Position numbers and translations under genes: made by a program. From Acidobacteria bacterium 37-71-11 (GTDB lineage Bacteria; Acidobacteriota; Thermoanaerobaculia; Thermoanaerobaculales; Thermoanaerobaculaceae), in the NCBI GenBank assembly GCA_002279285.1, contig NCBR01000001.1, forward strand, positions 1 to 44,155: DNA of 44,155 nt. Reading direction: 5' to 3'. Under the pieces are notes generated by a model. The model saw nothing but the letters and a program-made list of their open reading frames with translations. It had not been told where the DNA came from and searched no databases. Numbering within the stretch: the stretch's first letter is position 1; every line of letters begins with the position of its first letter. Positions 12,426 through 21,332 of the stretch are shown piece after piece.

Positions 12426-13646
12426 ATGTTCAACGTCTTCGAGATCTACAGGGTCGCGATCGTGGCGCTGCGGCGCAACCCGATGCGCACGCTGCTCACC
12501 ATGCTCGGGGTGATCATCGGGGTCGGATGCGTGGTCGCGATGGTCGCCATCGGCCAGGGGGCGACAGCCGCAATCCAGAGCCAGATCGGCGCTCTTGGCA
12601 CCAACTTCCTGCTCATCCACTCCGGCTCGCACGCCCGCGGCGGCGTTCACGGCGGCGCGGGCTCGGTGCAGAACCTCACCCCGGACGACGCCGCGGCGAT
12701 CGCCCGCGAGTGCCCGTCGGTCGCCCTGGCGGACCCCGCGGTGCGGACCGGCGCGCAGATCGTCTTCGGCGACCAGAACTGGGCCACGTCGGTGCAGGGG
12801 ACGGGCCCGAACTACCCCACCATCCGGGCCTGGGCGGTCGCCAGAGGCTCGTACTTCACCGAGGATGACGTCAAGGCCTCCAGCAAGGTCGCGGTGCTGG
12901 GCCAGACCGTCGTGGACAACCTCTTCGGCGAGGCCAACCCGGTCGGGCAGATCATCCGAGTGAAGGGGGTCCCGTTCCGCATCCTCGGCGTGCTCGACAG
13001 GAAGGGCGGCAGCGCGATGGGACAGGACCAGGACGACCTGATCTGCGTCCCCTACACCACGGCGCAGAAACGCCTGATGGGCGTCACCTACATTGGGAAC
13101 ATCATCATCTCGGCGGTCTCGCCGAAGAGCATCGGCCGGGCGACCGACGAGATCAAGGCCCTGCTCCGGCAGCGCCACCGGCTCGGACGGGCCCAGGACG
13201 ACGACTTCGAGATCCGCTCTCAGCAGGACATCGCCAACACCGCGACGCAGATGAGCGGCGTCATGACGATGCTCCTGGGGGCGATCGCGTCGGTTTCGCT
13301 CCTCGTCGGCGGGATCGGGATCATGAACATCATGCTCGTGTCGGTGACCGAGAGGACGCGGGAGATCGGCGTACGGCGCGCCCTGGGCGCCCGCCGCTCG
13401 GACATCCGCACCCAGTTCCTGATCGAGTCCTCGCTCATCTCGGGCCTCGGCGGGGCGGTCGGGATCGCCGTCGGGATGCTGGTGGCGCAGCTGATCGCAC
13501 GCTTCGTCGGCTGGCCCACGCTGGTGCAGCCGCAGGTCGTGGTCATCGCCTTCCTGTTCGCCAGTCTCGTGGGCGTCTTCTTCGGGATCTACCCTGCGGC
13601 CAAGGCCGCCCGCCTGGACCCGATCGAGGCGCTGCGCTACGAGTAG
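12426..13646 (+). CDS. ABC transporter permease, MacB/FtsX family (MacB periplasmic domain + FtsX)
   Basis: 406 aa. Motifs: 'LRRNPMRTLLTMLGVIIGVG', a periplasmic domain, and 'GGIGIMNIMLVSVTERTREIGVRRALGARRSDIRTQFLIES'. No ATPase domain is present in or next to this gene. Confidence 0.88.
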   Translation: MFNVFEIYRVAIVALRRNPMRTLLTMLGVIIGVGCVVAMVAIGQGATAAIQSQIGALGTNFLLIHSGSHARGGVHGGAGSVQNLTPDDAAAIARECPSVALADPAVRTGAQIVFGDQNWATSVQGTGPNYPTIRAWAVARGSYFTEDDVKASSKVAVLGQTVVDNLFGEANPVGQIIRVKGVPFRILGVLDRKGGSAMGQDQDDLICVPYTTAQKRLMGVTYIGNIIISAVSPKSIGRATDEIKALLRQRHRLGRAQDDDFEIRSQQDIANTATQMSGVMTMLLGAIASVSLLVGGIGIMNIMLVSVTERTREIGVRRALGARRSDIRTQFLIESSLISGLGGAVGIAVGMLVAQLIARFVGWPTLVQPQVVVIAFLFASLVGVFFGIYPAAKAARLDPIEALRYE

Positions 13647-13673
13647 AGGGACGCCGCCACCCAGGCCTCGAAC

Positions 13674-14399
13674 CTAACGCCCCCCGTGGCGCCCGTGCCG
13701 CGGCAGCGCCACACCGGCGAACGCGGTGACGCACGGCGGCCCGGCCGCAAAATGGTAGGCCGCGACCTCGGAGCCGGCCAGTCCGACAACCGACGAGCAC
13801 ACCGTACCGTAGGTCTCGCCGTGGCGGCAGAGCGGGTCCTCGCCCTCGTGGTCGGCGAGCAGGCGCTCCAGGTCGGCCCGGAGGACATCCGCAGGAAGCT
13901 CCCTCATCGACATCGCCCGCTCCGCCGCGCGCATCACTCGGTCGCCCGGCGCGCCGAGGGGGTCGTTGCCGATGGCCGCCACCGGCGCCTCGACGTGCTC
14001 GACCCGCGAGAACGGGTGGTTCGTCGCGAGCCACCGCTCGCGGCTGTCGCCGAGGAAGAGGTTGAAGAGGCCGTAGCGCGTCAGATCCTGCTCAGAGAGG
14101 AGCGCCAGCGCCTCGGGGACCGTGTGCTCGGCCGCGAGGTCCACGACGAGGGCGCCGCGGGAGCGCTCGCGGGGCAGGGCGCCGCGGCGCGCGTTGGTGA
14201 CCGCGACCACGAAACCCGCTTCGAGGTTGACCGCGAACCAGCTCCCGCCCCCGAGCACGTCGCGGCCGCCGAACACCGGCGGGTCGGGCCGCAGCACCCT
14301 CGGCGGTTCCCACGCGCGGTCCAGGCGCTCGTCCCGGTTGGCCGCGACCCAGAGTTCCCCCGCCGCGGAGCCGCGCGCGAGGGCGAGGAGGATGCACAC
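13674..14399 (-). CDS. NRDE-family protein (TANGO2/DUF833-like)
   Basis: A GTG start is followed by Cys2 (MCILLALA...) and the eponymous 'AANRDE' motif. 241 aa. Confidence 0.75.
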   Translation of the reverse strand: MCILLALARGSAAGELWVAANRDERLDRAWEPPRVLRPDPPVFGGRDVLGGGSWFAVNLEAGFVVAVTNARRGALPRERSRGALVVDLAAEHTVPEALALLSEQDLTRYGLFNLFLGDSRERWLATNHPFSRVEHVEAPVAAIGNDPLGAPGDRVMRAAERAMSMRELPADVLRADLERLLADHEGEDPLCRHGETYGTVCSSVVGLAGSEVAAYHFAAGPPCVTAFAGVALPRHGRHGGR

Positions 14400-14408
14400 C
14401 GCTCGGCC

Positions 14409-14852
14409 CTAGCTCACCTGGCCGAGCGCGCGGGTGAACCCGAGGTGGGTGCCGTCGCCCGCCTGCTCAACAAAGCCCAGGCCGCGCAGGAGTGCCGTGG
14501 CCTCGGCGTACTCCGCCGGCACCGAGCACGAGAGCGCCAGTGCCCCCGCGCCCTGCGCGCTGCGCATCGCCTGTTCGACCAGCGAGCGGCCGAGGCCGAA
14601 CCCGCGCCAGTCCGGTGCGAGGTAAAGCGAGTGCAGCTCCCAGGTGCCGTTGGTGCCCTCACGCACCCCGCAGCAGCCCACGATCTGGCCCCGGCCCGCC
14701 TCGACGACCCACATCAGGTCGACCGACCCTCCCCCGCCGGGCACCTCGGCGCCGCGCACGGCGAGGTGGAACTCCCGCCGCACACGCCGCGCCAACTCGG
14801 TGACCGCCTTGCGGTCCGCCGGCCGGGCCGGACGCACCCAGTACGAGGTCAT
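14409..14852 (-). CDS. GNAT-family N-acetyltransferase
   Basis: The ATG at 14852 overlaps the pepA stop as ATGA. 147 aa. The acetyl-CoA binding region is 'LYLAPDWRGFGLGRSLVEQA'. The upstream part of the track ORF (Arg/Gly-rich) is rejected. Confidence 0.8.
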   Translation of the reverse strand: MTSYWVRPARPADRKAVTELARRVRREFHLAVRGAEVPGGGGSVDLMWVVEAGRGQIVGCCGVREGTNGTWELHSLYLAPDWRGFGLGRSLVEQAMRSAQGAGALALSCSVPAEYAEATALLRGLGFVEQAGDGTHLGFTRALGQVS

Positions 14853-16342
14853 GGCTTCTCGGCCAGCTCGTCGAGCAACGCCATCAGCAGGCGGACGCCG
14901 AAGCCGGTCGCTCCCGGGGGCAGGCCGTTGTGGCTGCGGGATACGTACGCCACTCCGGCGATGTCGAGGTGCGCCCACCGCGCCTTCTCGGGGACGAACC
15001 GGGCGAGGAACGCCGCCGAGGCCGGCAGCGACCCCCAGCGCCCGGCGCTGTTCTTGATGTCGGCCCACTCGCTGCGCAGGAGGTGGCGGTACTCCGGCAA
15101 GAGCGGCAGGCGCCACACCCGGTCGCCGGTGGAGTGGCCGAGGCGCTCGAGCTGTTGCGCCAGGGGGTCGTCGTTGGCGAACATGCCGGCGAGTTCCGAT
15201 CCGAGCGCGACCTTGCACGCGCCGGTCAGGGTGGCCAGATCGACGACGATCTCGGGGTGGAACCGCGCCGCGTACGCCATTGCGTCGGCGAGGAGCAACC
15301 GCCCCTCGGCGTCGGTGTTGTCCACCTCGACGGTAGTCCCGTTGACCATCGTCACGATGTCGCCCGGCTTGAGCGCGCTCCCGGAGGGCAGGTTCTCCAC
15401 CAGCGGCAGGAGGCCCACGACCTTGAGCGGCGGAAGCTTCTCGGCCACCGCCCGCATCGCCGCCACGACCGCCGCCGCCCCGGCCATGTCGTGCTTCATC
15501 TCCGCCATCTCCGCGGCGGGCTTGAGCGAGATGCCGCCGGCGTCGAACGTGACCCCCTTGCCGACCAGGACAAGCGCGGCGCGCGGCTTCTTGGCGCGGT
15601 ATTCGAGCCGCAACATTCTGGGCTCCTGGACGGACCCTCGGCCGACGGCAAGGATCCCGCGCAGCCCGTCCTTCTCCAGCTCCTTCGCGCCCATCACGGT
15701 GACGCGCACGGCCGAGCCGGCGAACATCGCGCCCACCTCGGTCGCGAACGTCTCCGGCGTGAGGTCGTTCCCCGGCCGGTTGCCGAAGTCGCGCGCGAGC
15801 CTGACCAGCGCGTCCAGGCGCCTGGCCCGCTCCACGAGCGCGCCGAGCCCGGACTCGTCCTCGCCCGCGAGCGGCACCACGTGCACGGCGTCCACCTTGG
15901 TCGCCTCGTCGGGCCGCGACCGGAAGCGGTCGAAGCGGTAGTCCGCAAGGGCCAGCTCGCCGAGCGCGACGGCGCGGGCCTGATCCGGGGCGACGTCGCG
16001 AGCCACCACCGGGAGCGCGACCGCGATCTGATACTCGCGGTTGCGCCCCGCCTGCTCGAGCACGCGCCGGAGGAGCTTGCGCAGCGAGTGGACGGTGAAC
16101 TCCTCGGCCTTGCCGATGCCGAAGCACGCGATCCGGCGGAAGTTACGGCTCGGGCTGGCGGTGACCAGGACCTCGCCCTCGAGGCCGCGCACACCGAGCT
16201 CAGCGGTCGTGTGCCCGATAGTTCTGCGGTCGGCGCCGGGGAGAACGATGCCGTCGAGGGGATCCCCGCCTTCGTGGGTCACGAGATAGAGGCAGTCCAG
16301 CGGCTCGTCCGGGGCGTTCCACAGCTGTACAAGGTCTGCCAT
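14849..16342 (-). CDS. pepA: Leucyl aminopeptidase (M17 family)
   Basis: 497 aa. Motifs: 'GKGVTFDAGGISLKP', 'MKHDMAGAAAV', 'NTDAEGRLLLADA', 'ATLTGA'. Confidence 0.93.
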   Translation of the reverse strand: MADLVQLWNAPDEPLDCLYLVTHEGGDPLDGIVLPGADRRTIGHTTAELGVRGLEGEVLVTASPSRNFRRIACFGIGKAEEFTVHSLRKLLRRVLEQAGRNREYQIAVALPVVARDVAPDQARAVALGELALADYRFDRFRSRPDEATKVDAVHVVPLAGEDESGLGALVERARRLDALVRLARDFGNRPGNDLTPETFATEVGAMFAGSAVRVTVMGAKELEKDGLRGILAVGRGSVQEPRMLRLEYRAKKPRAALVLVGKGVTFDAGGISLKPAAEMAEMKHDMAGAAAVVAAMRAVAEKLPPLKVVGLLPLVENLPSGSALKPGDIVTMVNGTTVEVDNTDAEGRLLLADAMAYAARFHPEIVVDLATLTGACKVALGSELAGMFANDDPLAQQLERLGHSTGDRVWRLPLLPEYRHLLRSEWADIKNSAGRWGSLPASAAFLARFVPEKARWAHLDIAGVAYVSRSHNGLPPGATGFGVRLLMALLDELAEKP

Positions 16343-16390
16343 CGATACCCCCCGCGTGAAATAGCGCCCGAAACGGGCGCCCCGGTGAGT

Positions 16391-16933
16391 CTACCACGGG
16401 CGCCCCACCGCGGCGAGGAAGTGCGACGCGGTCTCCTCGTCGATGCTCACCAGGCGAACCTCGACGACCGTTCCCGCGGCGCCGTTGAGATGCCGGGCGG
16501 CCTCGTCGGCGATGACCCGGCACCCCGGGCCTTTCGGATAGCCGAAGATCCCGGTCGAGATCCCCGGCATCGCAACCGAGGCGAGGCCCATCTCCTCCGC
16601 CCGCGCCAGTGCGCTCCCAACCGCGCGGCGCAACTTCCCCTCTTCGTCCCCCTCGCCCCACACCGGGCCGACGGCGTGGATCACGTAGCGGCAGGGAAGC
16701 CGCCCGGCACCGGTGGCGACAGCGCCCCCGACCGGGACCGGAGCCAGTGCGTCCGACTCCGTCTGGATCTCGCGCCCTCCCCGGCGGACGATCGCCCCGG
16801 CAACGCCGCCGCCGTGGGCGAGCGCGCTGTTGGCGGGGTTGACGATGGCGTCCACCCGCTCCTCGGTAAGGTCGCCGAGGACAACAGAGATCTCGCCGCG
16901 CCCGACCGCAACCCTCGCGAGCACCGTGGCCAT
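16391..16933 (-). CDS. Macro-domain protein (O-acetyl-ADP-ribose deacetylase / ADP-ribose binding)
   Basis: The ATG at 16933 is preceded by GGAGG. 180 aa. Motifs: '[21 protein letters not shown]', 'VIHAVGP', '[15 protein letters not shown]'. Confidence 0.85.
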   Translation of the reverse strand: MATVLARVAVGRGEISVVLGDLTEERVDAIVNPANSALAHGGGVAGAIVRRGGREIQTESDALAPVPVGGAVATGAGRLPCRYVIHAVGPVWGEGDEEGKLRRAVGSALARAEEMGLASVAMPGISTGIFGYPKGPGCRVIADEAARHLNGAAGTVVEVRLVSIDEETASHFLAAVGRPW

Positions 16934-17000
16934 CGCGCCTCCGCTTGCCGAAAGGCTAGCACCGCTGGCCAAATGGCGCGGCGCCCCGTACACTTCTCGC

Positions 17001-17780
17001 GTGTTTGCGTTCCTCGTCCCAGCCGTCGCCGCCGTCTGCTTCACTCATCCCGCCGCCCTCGACCGGGAGGTCGGGCGCCGCGCGCTGCCGTGGCTGCCGC
17101 CGGACCTGGCGCGCCAGATTACCCACTACGAGCCGGAGTTCGCGGCAGGCGCCGCGGCCGCGGCGAGGTGGCCGCGCTCGTACCATCTCCCGGCCGGACA
17201 GCCGGGCCTCGAAGGCGCCATTCGCGCCCAGTGCGAGCGACTGGCGGCGGCGTTGCGCTCGCAGGCACCTTTCGCCGAGGTGGTCGGGGGTCTGGGCGCA
17301 CTGGCCCACCTCGCGGGCGACCTCGAGACCCCGTTCCTGGCCGCGCACGCCGACGACGCGTATGCTCGCTCCTTCGCCAGCTACCTCCCGACCGCCTCTC
17401 CCCGAATTCCACTGGTGTTCTACGGCCAGCAGCGCGCGGTCATCACCGGACCGGCCGCCGGCATAGGCGCCCTCGTCGCCGCGCGCAGGCGCGACGCCGA
17501 TGCGCTGGCGGGGATCGTCCGCGACGACCTCGACCGCCTGGGCGGGCCGGGGGCGTGGGCCCGCCTCGACGACCGCTCGTCGAGCTTCGGCACGGTTTCG
17601 TTGGTGCTCAACCACGCCGCGTCCGATTTCGCCAACCTCGCCTCGTGGGTCTGGTTCCACGGCGGCGGCCTGGTGCCGAAACTCCCATCGCAACAGGGTA
17701 TGATTCTGGTCTGGAAGGGAGAGCCTCAGCCCCGTGAAGCGCCAAGCCCTCGTCTCGGTTTCCGACAAGCGCGGCCTTGA
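17001..17780 (+). CDS. Hypothetical protein with possible short signal peptide
   Basis: In-frame GTG at 17001 ([20 protein letters not shown]...). The composition is protein-like and there is no competing gene on either strand. I recognise no family motif. There is no clear SD, and the 3' end overlaps the purH start by 47 nt, so the boundaries are uncertain. Confidence 0.45.
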   Translation: MFAFLVPAVAAVCFTHPAALDREVGRRALPWLPPDLARQITHYEPEFAAGAAAAARWPRSYHLPAGQPGLEGAIRAQCERLAAALRSQAPFAEVVGGLGALAHLAGDLETPFLAAHADDAYARSFASYLPTASPRIPLVFYGQQRAVITGPAAGIGALVAARRRDADALAGIVRDDLDRLGGPGAWARLDDRSSSFGTVSLVLNHAASDFANLASWVWFHGGGLVPKLPSQQGMILVWKGEPQPREAPSPRLGFRQARP

Positions 17781-19269
17781 AGGCTTTGCGCGCGGCCTCA
17801 TCGCGCAAGGTTTCGAGGTCCTCTCCACCGGCGGCACCGCCCGCGTGCTGCGCATCGCCGGTATCGCCGTACGCGAGATCAGCGAGCTGACCGGGTCCCC
17901 TGAGGTCCTCGGAGGCCGCGTCAAGACGCTCCACCCCAAAGTTTACGCCGGCATCCTCGCCGACCTGGACGACCCGGCACACCGCGCCGTGCTCGACGAA
18001 TGGGACGTTCCGCCCATCGCCGTCGTGGTGGTGAACCTCTACCCGTTCGCCGCGACGGCCGCCCGGCCGGGCGTGACCGCCGCCGAGGTGATCGAGAACA
18101 TCGACATCGGCGGGCCAACGCTCGTGCGCGCCGCGGCCAAGAACCACCGCCACGTGGCTGTCGTCGTGGATCCCGACGACTACGCCCCCGTGCTGGCGGC
18201 GCTCCAGACCGGCGAGCTGGACGAACCGTTCCGTCGCCGCCTCGCGGTCAAAGCGTTTCGGCACACCGCCGCCTACGACGCGGCGATCTCGCAGGCGCTG
18301 CCCGCACACCTCGGCCTGCCGGGCAGCCTGCTCCTGGATGGGATCGCGCCGTGGCTCGGGGCCGAGGAGATCCCACTTCGCTACGGCGAGAACCCGCACC
18401 AGGACGCGGTATTCGCCCGCCCGCGGACGCCGGCCGGGCTGTCTGCGTTCGCGCAGCTCCAGGGGAAGGAGCTGTCCTACAACAACCTGATGGACGCCGA
18501 CGGAGCCTGGCGCCTGGTGCACGACCTTCCCGGTCCGGGCGTGGTCATCGTCAAGCACGGGGGACCGTGCGGTGCAGGTCTCGGCGACCGGCCGGCCACG
18601 GCGTACGCGCGCGCCCTCGCGTGCGATCCCGTTTCGGCGTTCGGCGGCGTCATCGCCTCGTCCCTCCCGCTCGACGGCGAGGCCGCTGCCCGCATCGGAC
18701 AGCTGTTCGCGGAGGTCGTCGTCGCCCCGGCCGTCAACCAGGAAGCGCGCGAAGCGTTTCTCGCCAAGAAGAACCTCCGCGTCCTCACCGCCCAGCGCCC
18801 GGCGGCCCCGACCCCGCGCCTCCGGGTCATCGACGGCGGCCTGCTCGTGCAGAGCGCGGACGCCGGGTGGGACGAGTCGTGGCGCGTCGTCACCGAACGC
18901 ACCCCGAGCGCGAACGAGCTTGCGGCGTTGACGCTCGCCTGGCGGGTCGTGAAGCACGCGCCGTCCAATGCGGTCGTGATCGCCAACGGCACCGCGACAG
19001 TGGGGATCGGCGCCGGCCAGCCGAGCCGCGTCGATTCCTGCAGGATCGCGGTCGAGAAGGCCGGCGCCGCCGGTCTCTCGCTCGCGGGCACCGCCGCGGG
19101 CAGCGATGCCTTTTTTCCGTTCCCGGACGGGGTCGAGTTGCTGGCGGAGGCCGGCGTGAGCGCGGTGGCGCAGCCGGGCGGTTCGGTGCGCGACACCGAA
19201 GTGGTCGAGGCCGCGAACCGGCTGGGCATCGCGATGATGTTCACCGGACGGCGCCACTTCCGCCACTGA
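17734..19269 (+). CDS. purH: Bifunctional AICAR formyltransferase / IMP cyclohydrolase
   Basis: 511 aa with a GTG start. Motifs: '[11 protein letters not shown]', 'STGGTA', 'GGRVKTLHPKV', 'VVVNLYPF', 'ENIDIGGPTLVRAAAKNH', and the C-terminal 'MFTGRRHFRH'. Confidence 0.96.
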   Translation: MKRQALVSVSDKRGLEGFARGLIAQGFEVLSTGGTARVLRIAGIAVREISELTGSPEVLGGRVKTLHPKVYAGILADLDDPAHRAVLDEWDVPPIAVVVVNLYPFAATAARPGVTAAEVIENIDIGGPTLVRAAAKNHRHVAVVVDPDDYAPVLAALQTGELDEPFRRRLAVKAFRHTAAYDAAISQALPAHLGLPGSLLLDGIAPWLGAEEIPLRYGENPHQDAVFARPRTPAGLSAFAQLQGKELSYNNLMDADGAWRLVHDLPGPGVVIVKHGGPCGAGLGDRPATAYARALACDPVSAFGGVIASSLPLDGEAAARIGQLFAEVVVAPAVNQEAREAFLAKKNLRVLTAQRPAAPTPRLRVIDGGLLVQSADAGWDESWRVVTERTPSANELAALTLAWRVVKHAPSNAVVIANGTATVGIGAGQPSRVDSCRIAVEKAGAAGLSLAGTAAGSDAFFPFPDGVELLAEAGVSAVAQPGGSVRDTEVVEAANRLGIAMMFTGRRHFRH

Positions 19270-19276
19270 GGCTGCC

Positions 19277-19873
19277 ATGCTGACCACGCTCCTCCTCCTC
19301 GTCCTCGCCGCGAACCCGGCGCCCGACGCGCTCGACCGCCTCGCCGGTGCGTTGCGCGCCAGCCGGGGATGGCGGGCGGCATTCGCGCAGGAATACGTCC
19401 CTGAGGGGTTCGACACCGGAACGACGGAGCGCGGTACCGTCGCGCTCGCGCCGCCGGCGCGCCTCCGCTTCGACTACACCTCCGGCGCGCCCCGTATTTT
19501 CGCGACGGACGGCTCGGTCGGCCGCCTCGTCGACCCCGGGGCCGGCACGTGCGATGCGGTCCGTCTCGACGCGGGGGTCTGGGCCCGGCTACCGCTCTCG
19601 GCGGTCCTCGACCCCGGCGCCGCCCGTCGCGCCTTCGTCGTCGAGGCGAGCGGCGGAGCCATCCGCCTGATTCCCAGAGAGCCGACTCCCGACCTCGCGC
19701 AGGTAACGGTGACCATCGGCCCCGACGACCTCCCGCACGAGGTCACGGTGCGGGACGCCAGCGGCAACCGCAACCAGTTCACCTTCAGCGGCTGGCGCCC
19801 CGACCGCGAGCCTCCCCTCGCCTTCTTCCAACCCTCGCTCCCCGGCTCCAGGCCCTGCGTCCCGGAAGAGTAA
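19277..19873 (+). CDS. LolA-like outer-membrane lipoprotein carrier family protein
   Basis: 198 aa with a signal peptide (MLTTLLLLVLAANPA). The 'F.QE......G.....P.RLRFDY......I..DG......VDP' pattern is typical of LolA-fold proteins. Confidence 0.6.
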   Translation: MLTTLLLLVLAANPAPDALDRLAGALRASRGWRAAFAQEYVPEGFDTGTTERGTVALAPPARLRFDYTSGAPRIFATDGSVGRLVDPGAGTCDAVRLDAGVWARLPLSAVLDPGAARRAFVVEASGGAIRLIPREPTPDLAQVTVTIGPDDLPHEVTVRDASGNRNQFTFSGWRPDREPPLAFFQPSLPGSRPCVPEE

Positions 19874-19877
19874 TGAC

Positions 19878-20948
19878 ATGGGGCCGTGTTGCAGCTACGA
19901 TGGTCGCCGCCGCCGCGAGCGGCTGGAGGACGAAGCCCTGAACGCACCGCGTCCGTCACCGGACCCGAACGCAGCCTCGCTGGCGGCCAGCTTCGAAGTC
20001 GTGCGCCCCCGGCTCGAACTGGTGGAGCGTTTCATCGCCGAGCAGCTCGGCGGCGGCCCGGAACTCGTCCGGGAGGCGGGCGGTTACGTGCTTCAGGCCG
20101 GCGGCAAGCGGTTGCGCCCCGCGATCCTGCTGACGGTCTCGCGCCTTCTCGGCTATCACGGCGACCTCGACCTCCGCTACGGCGCGATCGTCGAGATGAT
20201 CCACACCGCCACGCTGGTCCACGACGACATCATCGACAGCGCCACGGTCCGCCGCGGCCGGGCGACCGCCAACCACCGCTGGGGGAATCAACTCACCGTC
20301 CTCCTCGGAGACTGGCTGTACCTGCGGGCGATCGACCTCGCGCTGCAGGTCGCGGACATCGCGGCGATGCAGCGCCTCTCGTTCGCCACCACGCAGATGA
20401 CCGAGGGTGAGATCCTCGGCCTTGCCCTGCAAGGGGTGGTCGGCGTGACCCGCGAGCAGTACCTCGAGATCACCCGGCGCAAGACCGCCGAACTCTTCGC
20501 CGCGGCGTGCTCCCTGCCGACCCACTTCTCACCCGCGTTCGAGCGCCACCGGCGGGCGCTCGACGAGTACGGGCGCAACATCGGCATGTGCTTCCAGATC
20601 GTCGACGACATCCTCGATATCGTGGGATCGCAACAGCGCCTCGGCAAGCCGGTTTTCTCCGACCTGCGCGAGGGCAAGCTCACGCTCCCGTTCATCCTGG
20701 CGCTTCCACGCATGGCCGCCGCCGAGCGCGCGATGGTGGAGAGCGTTCTCGTCAACGGCGACCTCCCGGACGCGGACCCCAAGAGCCTGCGCACCTTCCT
20801 CGACCGCCTCGGGGTCGTGGACGAGGCGCGCGAGATCGCGGACGAGTTCGGGCGCCGCGCGATCGCCGCCATCTCCGAGTTGCCTCCTGGGCCCGAACTC
20901 GACGCCCTGGCGGCCGCGCCCCGCTTCGTCGTCGAGCGCGAGTCCTGA
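19878..20948 (+). CDS. Long-chain polyprenyl diphosphate synthase (IspB/HepT-like)
   Basis: The first aspartate-rich motif is 'LVHDDIIDSATVRRG' and the second is 'FQIVDDILD'. 'GKRLRP' is also present. Product chain length cannot be read from the sequence, and the start codon is uncertain (the N-terminus is ~25 aa longer than usual). Confidence 0.88.
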   Translation: MGPCCSYDGRRRRERLEDEALNAPRPSPDPNAASLAASFEVVRPRLELVERFIAEQLGGGPELVREAGGYVLQAGGKRLRPAILLTVSRLLGYHGDLDLRYGAIVEMIHTATLVHDDIIDSATVRRGRATANHRWGNQLTVLLGDWLYLRAIDLALQVADIAAMQRLSFATTQMTEGEILGLALQGVVGVTREQYLEITRRKTAELFAAACSLPTHFSPAFERHRRALDEYGRNIGMCFQIVDDILDIVGSQQRLGKPVFSDLREGKLTLPFILALPRMAAAERAMVESVLVNGDLPDADPKSLRTFLDRLGVVDEAREIADEFGRRAIAAISELPPGPELDALAAAPRFVVERES

Positions 20949-20993
20949 TCATCTTGCCAGTTGACATTTCAGGTGTTAGATTGTTGATTGAGC

Positions 20994-21332
20994 ATGGTAG
21001 CGGCGATCTTGCGTCAGGTGGTCGGGCGGGAAAGCGAGTCCGAGGCGGATTACGCGCTCGTTTCGGCCTTTCGAGCGCAGATCGTGCGCGCGCTCGGCGA
21101 GGGCCGCTGGCGTTTTGCCGACCACTTCTGCGACAAGCTGCTCGCCGAAGAGCCGTGCAACCTCGAGGCCTGGCTGCTGAAAGGACACCTGGCCTGGCGC
21201 CACTTCCAGGACACCCGGGCCGCCCTCAACTGCTTTCAGCGGGTCGTCATTCTGGGGGGTTTCGAGTCGTCCAACGAGTACGTGGCACGGGCCCGAAGCT
21301 CCCTGGCACAACTCCTGGAGCAGTTGAGCTGA
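20994..21332 (+). CDS. Small TPR-like helical protein
   Basis: ATG at 20994; 112 aa. A TPR-like helix pair is 'CDKLLAEEPCNLEAWLLKGHLAWRHFQDTRAALNCFQRVV'. It sits just after a low-G+C intergenic stretch. Confidence 0.5.
   Translation: MVAAILRQVVGRESESEADYALVSAFRAQIVRALGEGRWRFADHFCDKLLAEEPCNLEAWLLKGHLAWRHFQDTRAALNCFQRVVILGGFESSNEYVARARSSLAQLLEQLS

Noticed and set aside
14930-17737. The 935-aa plus-strand ORF, and similar long ORFs (341..1510, 2658..4748, 5130..6668, 11739..13178, 23682..25088, 26727..28310, 33816..35246, 36351..38189, 40797..43115).
   Set aside because: All are antisense to genes with unambiguous family motifs (pepA, trpS, alaS, pilT, the MacA-like adaptor gene, pyrG, the NtrC-type regulator and others). 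They have extreme Arg/Gly/Pro/Asp composition with no motifs. These are shadow ORFs expected at this G+C content.
17734-17780. A 47-nt overlap between the hypothetical ORF (17001..17780) and purH, and a similar 47-nt recX/alaS overlap at 4648..4694, as possible programmed features.
   Set aside because: These are more simply explained by uncertain 3' ends of poorly conserved C-termini in a genome where stop codons are rare in all frames.
20961-20989. TTGACA at 20961-20966 upstream of the small TPR-like ORF as a promoter.
   Set aside because: With 17-nt spacing the -10 would be TTGATT, which lacks the key A at position 2. The better TAGATT lies only 10 nt from the -35. The evidence is too weak to list as a feature.
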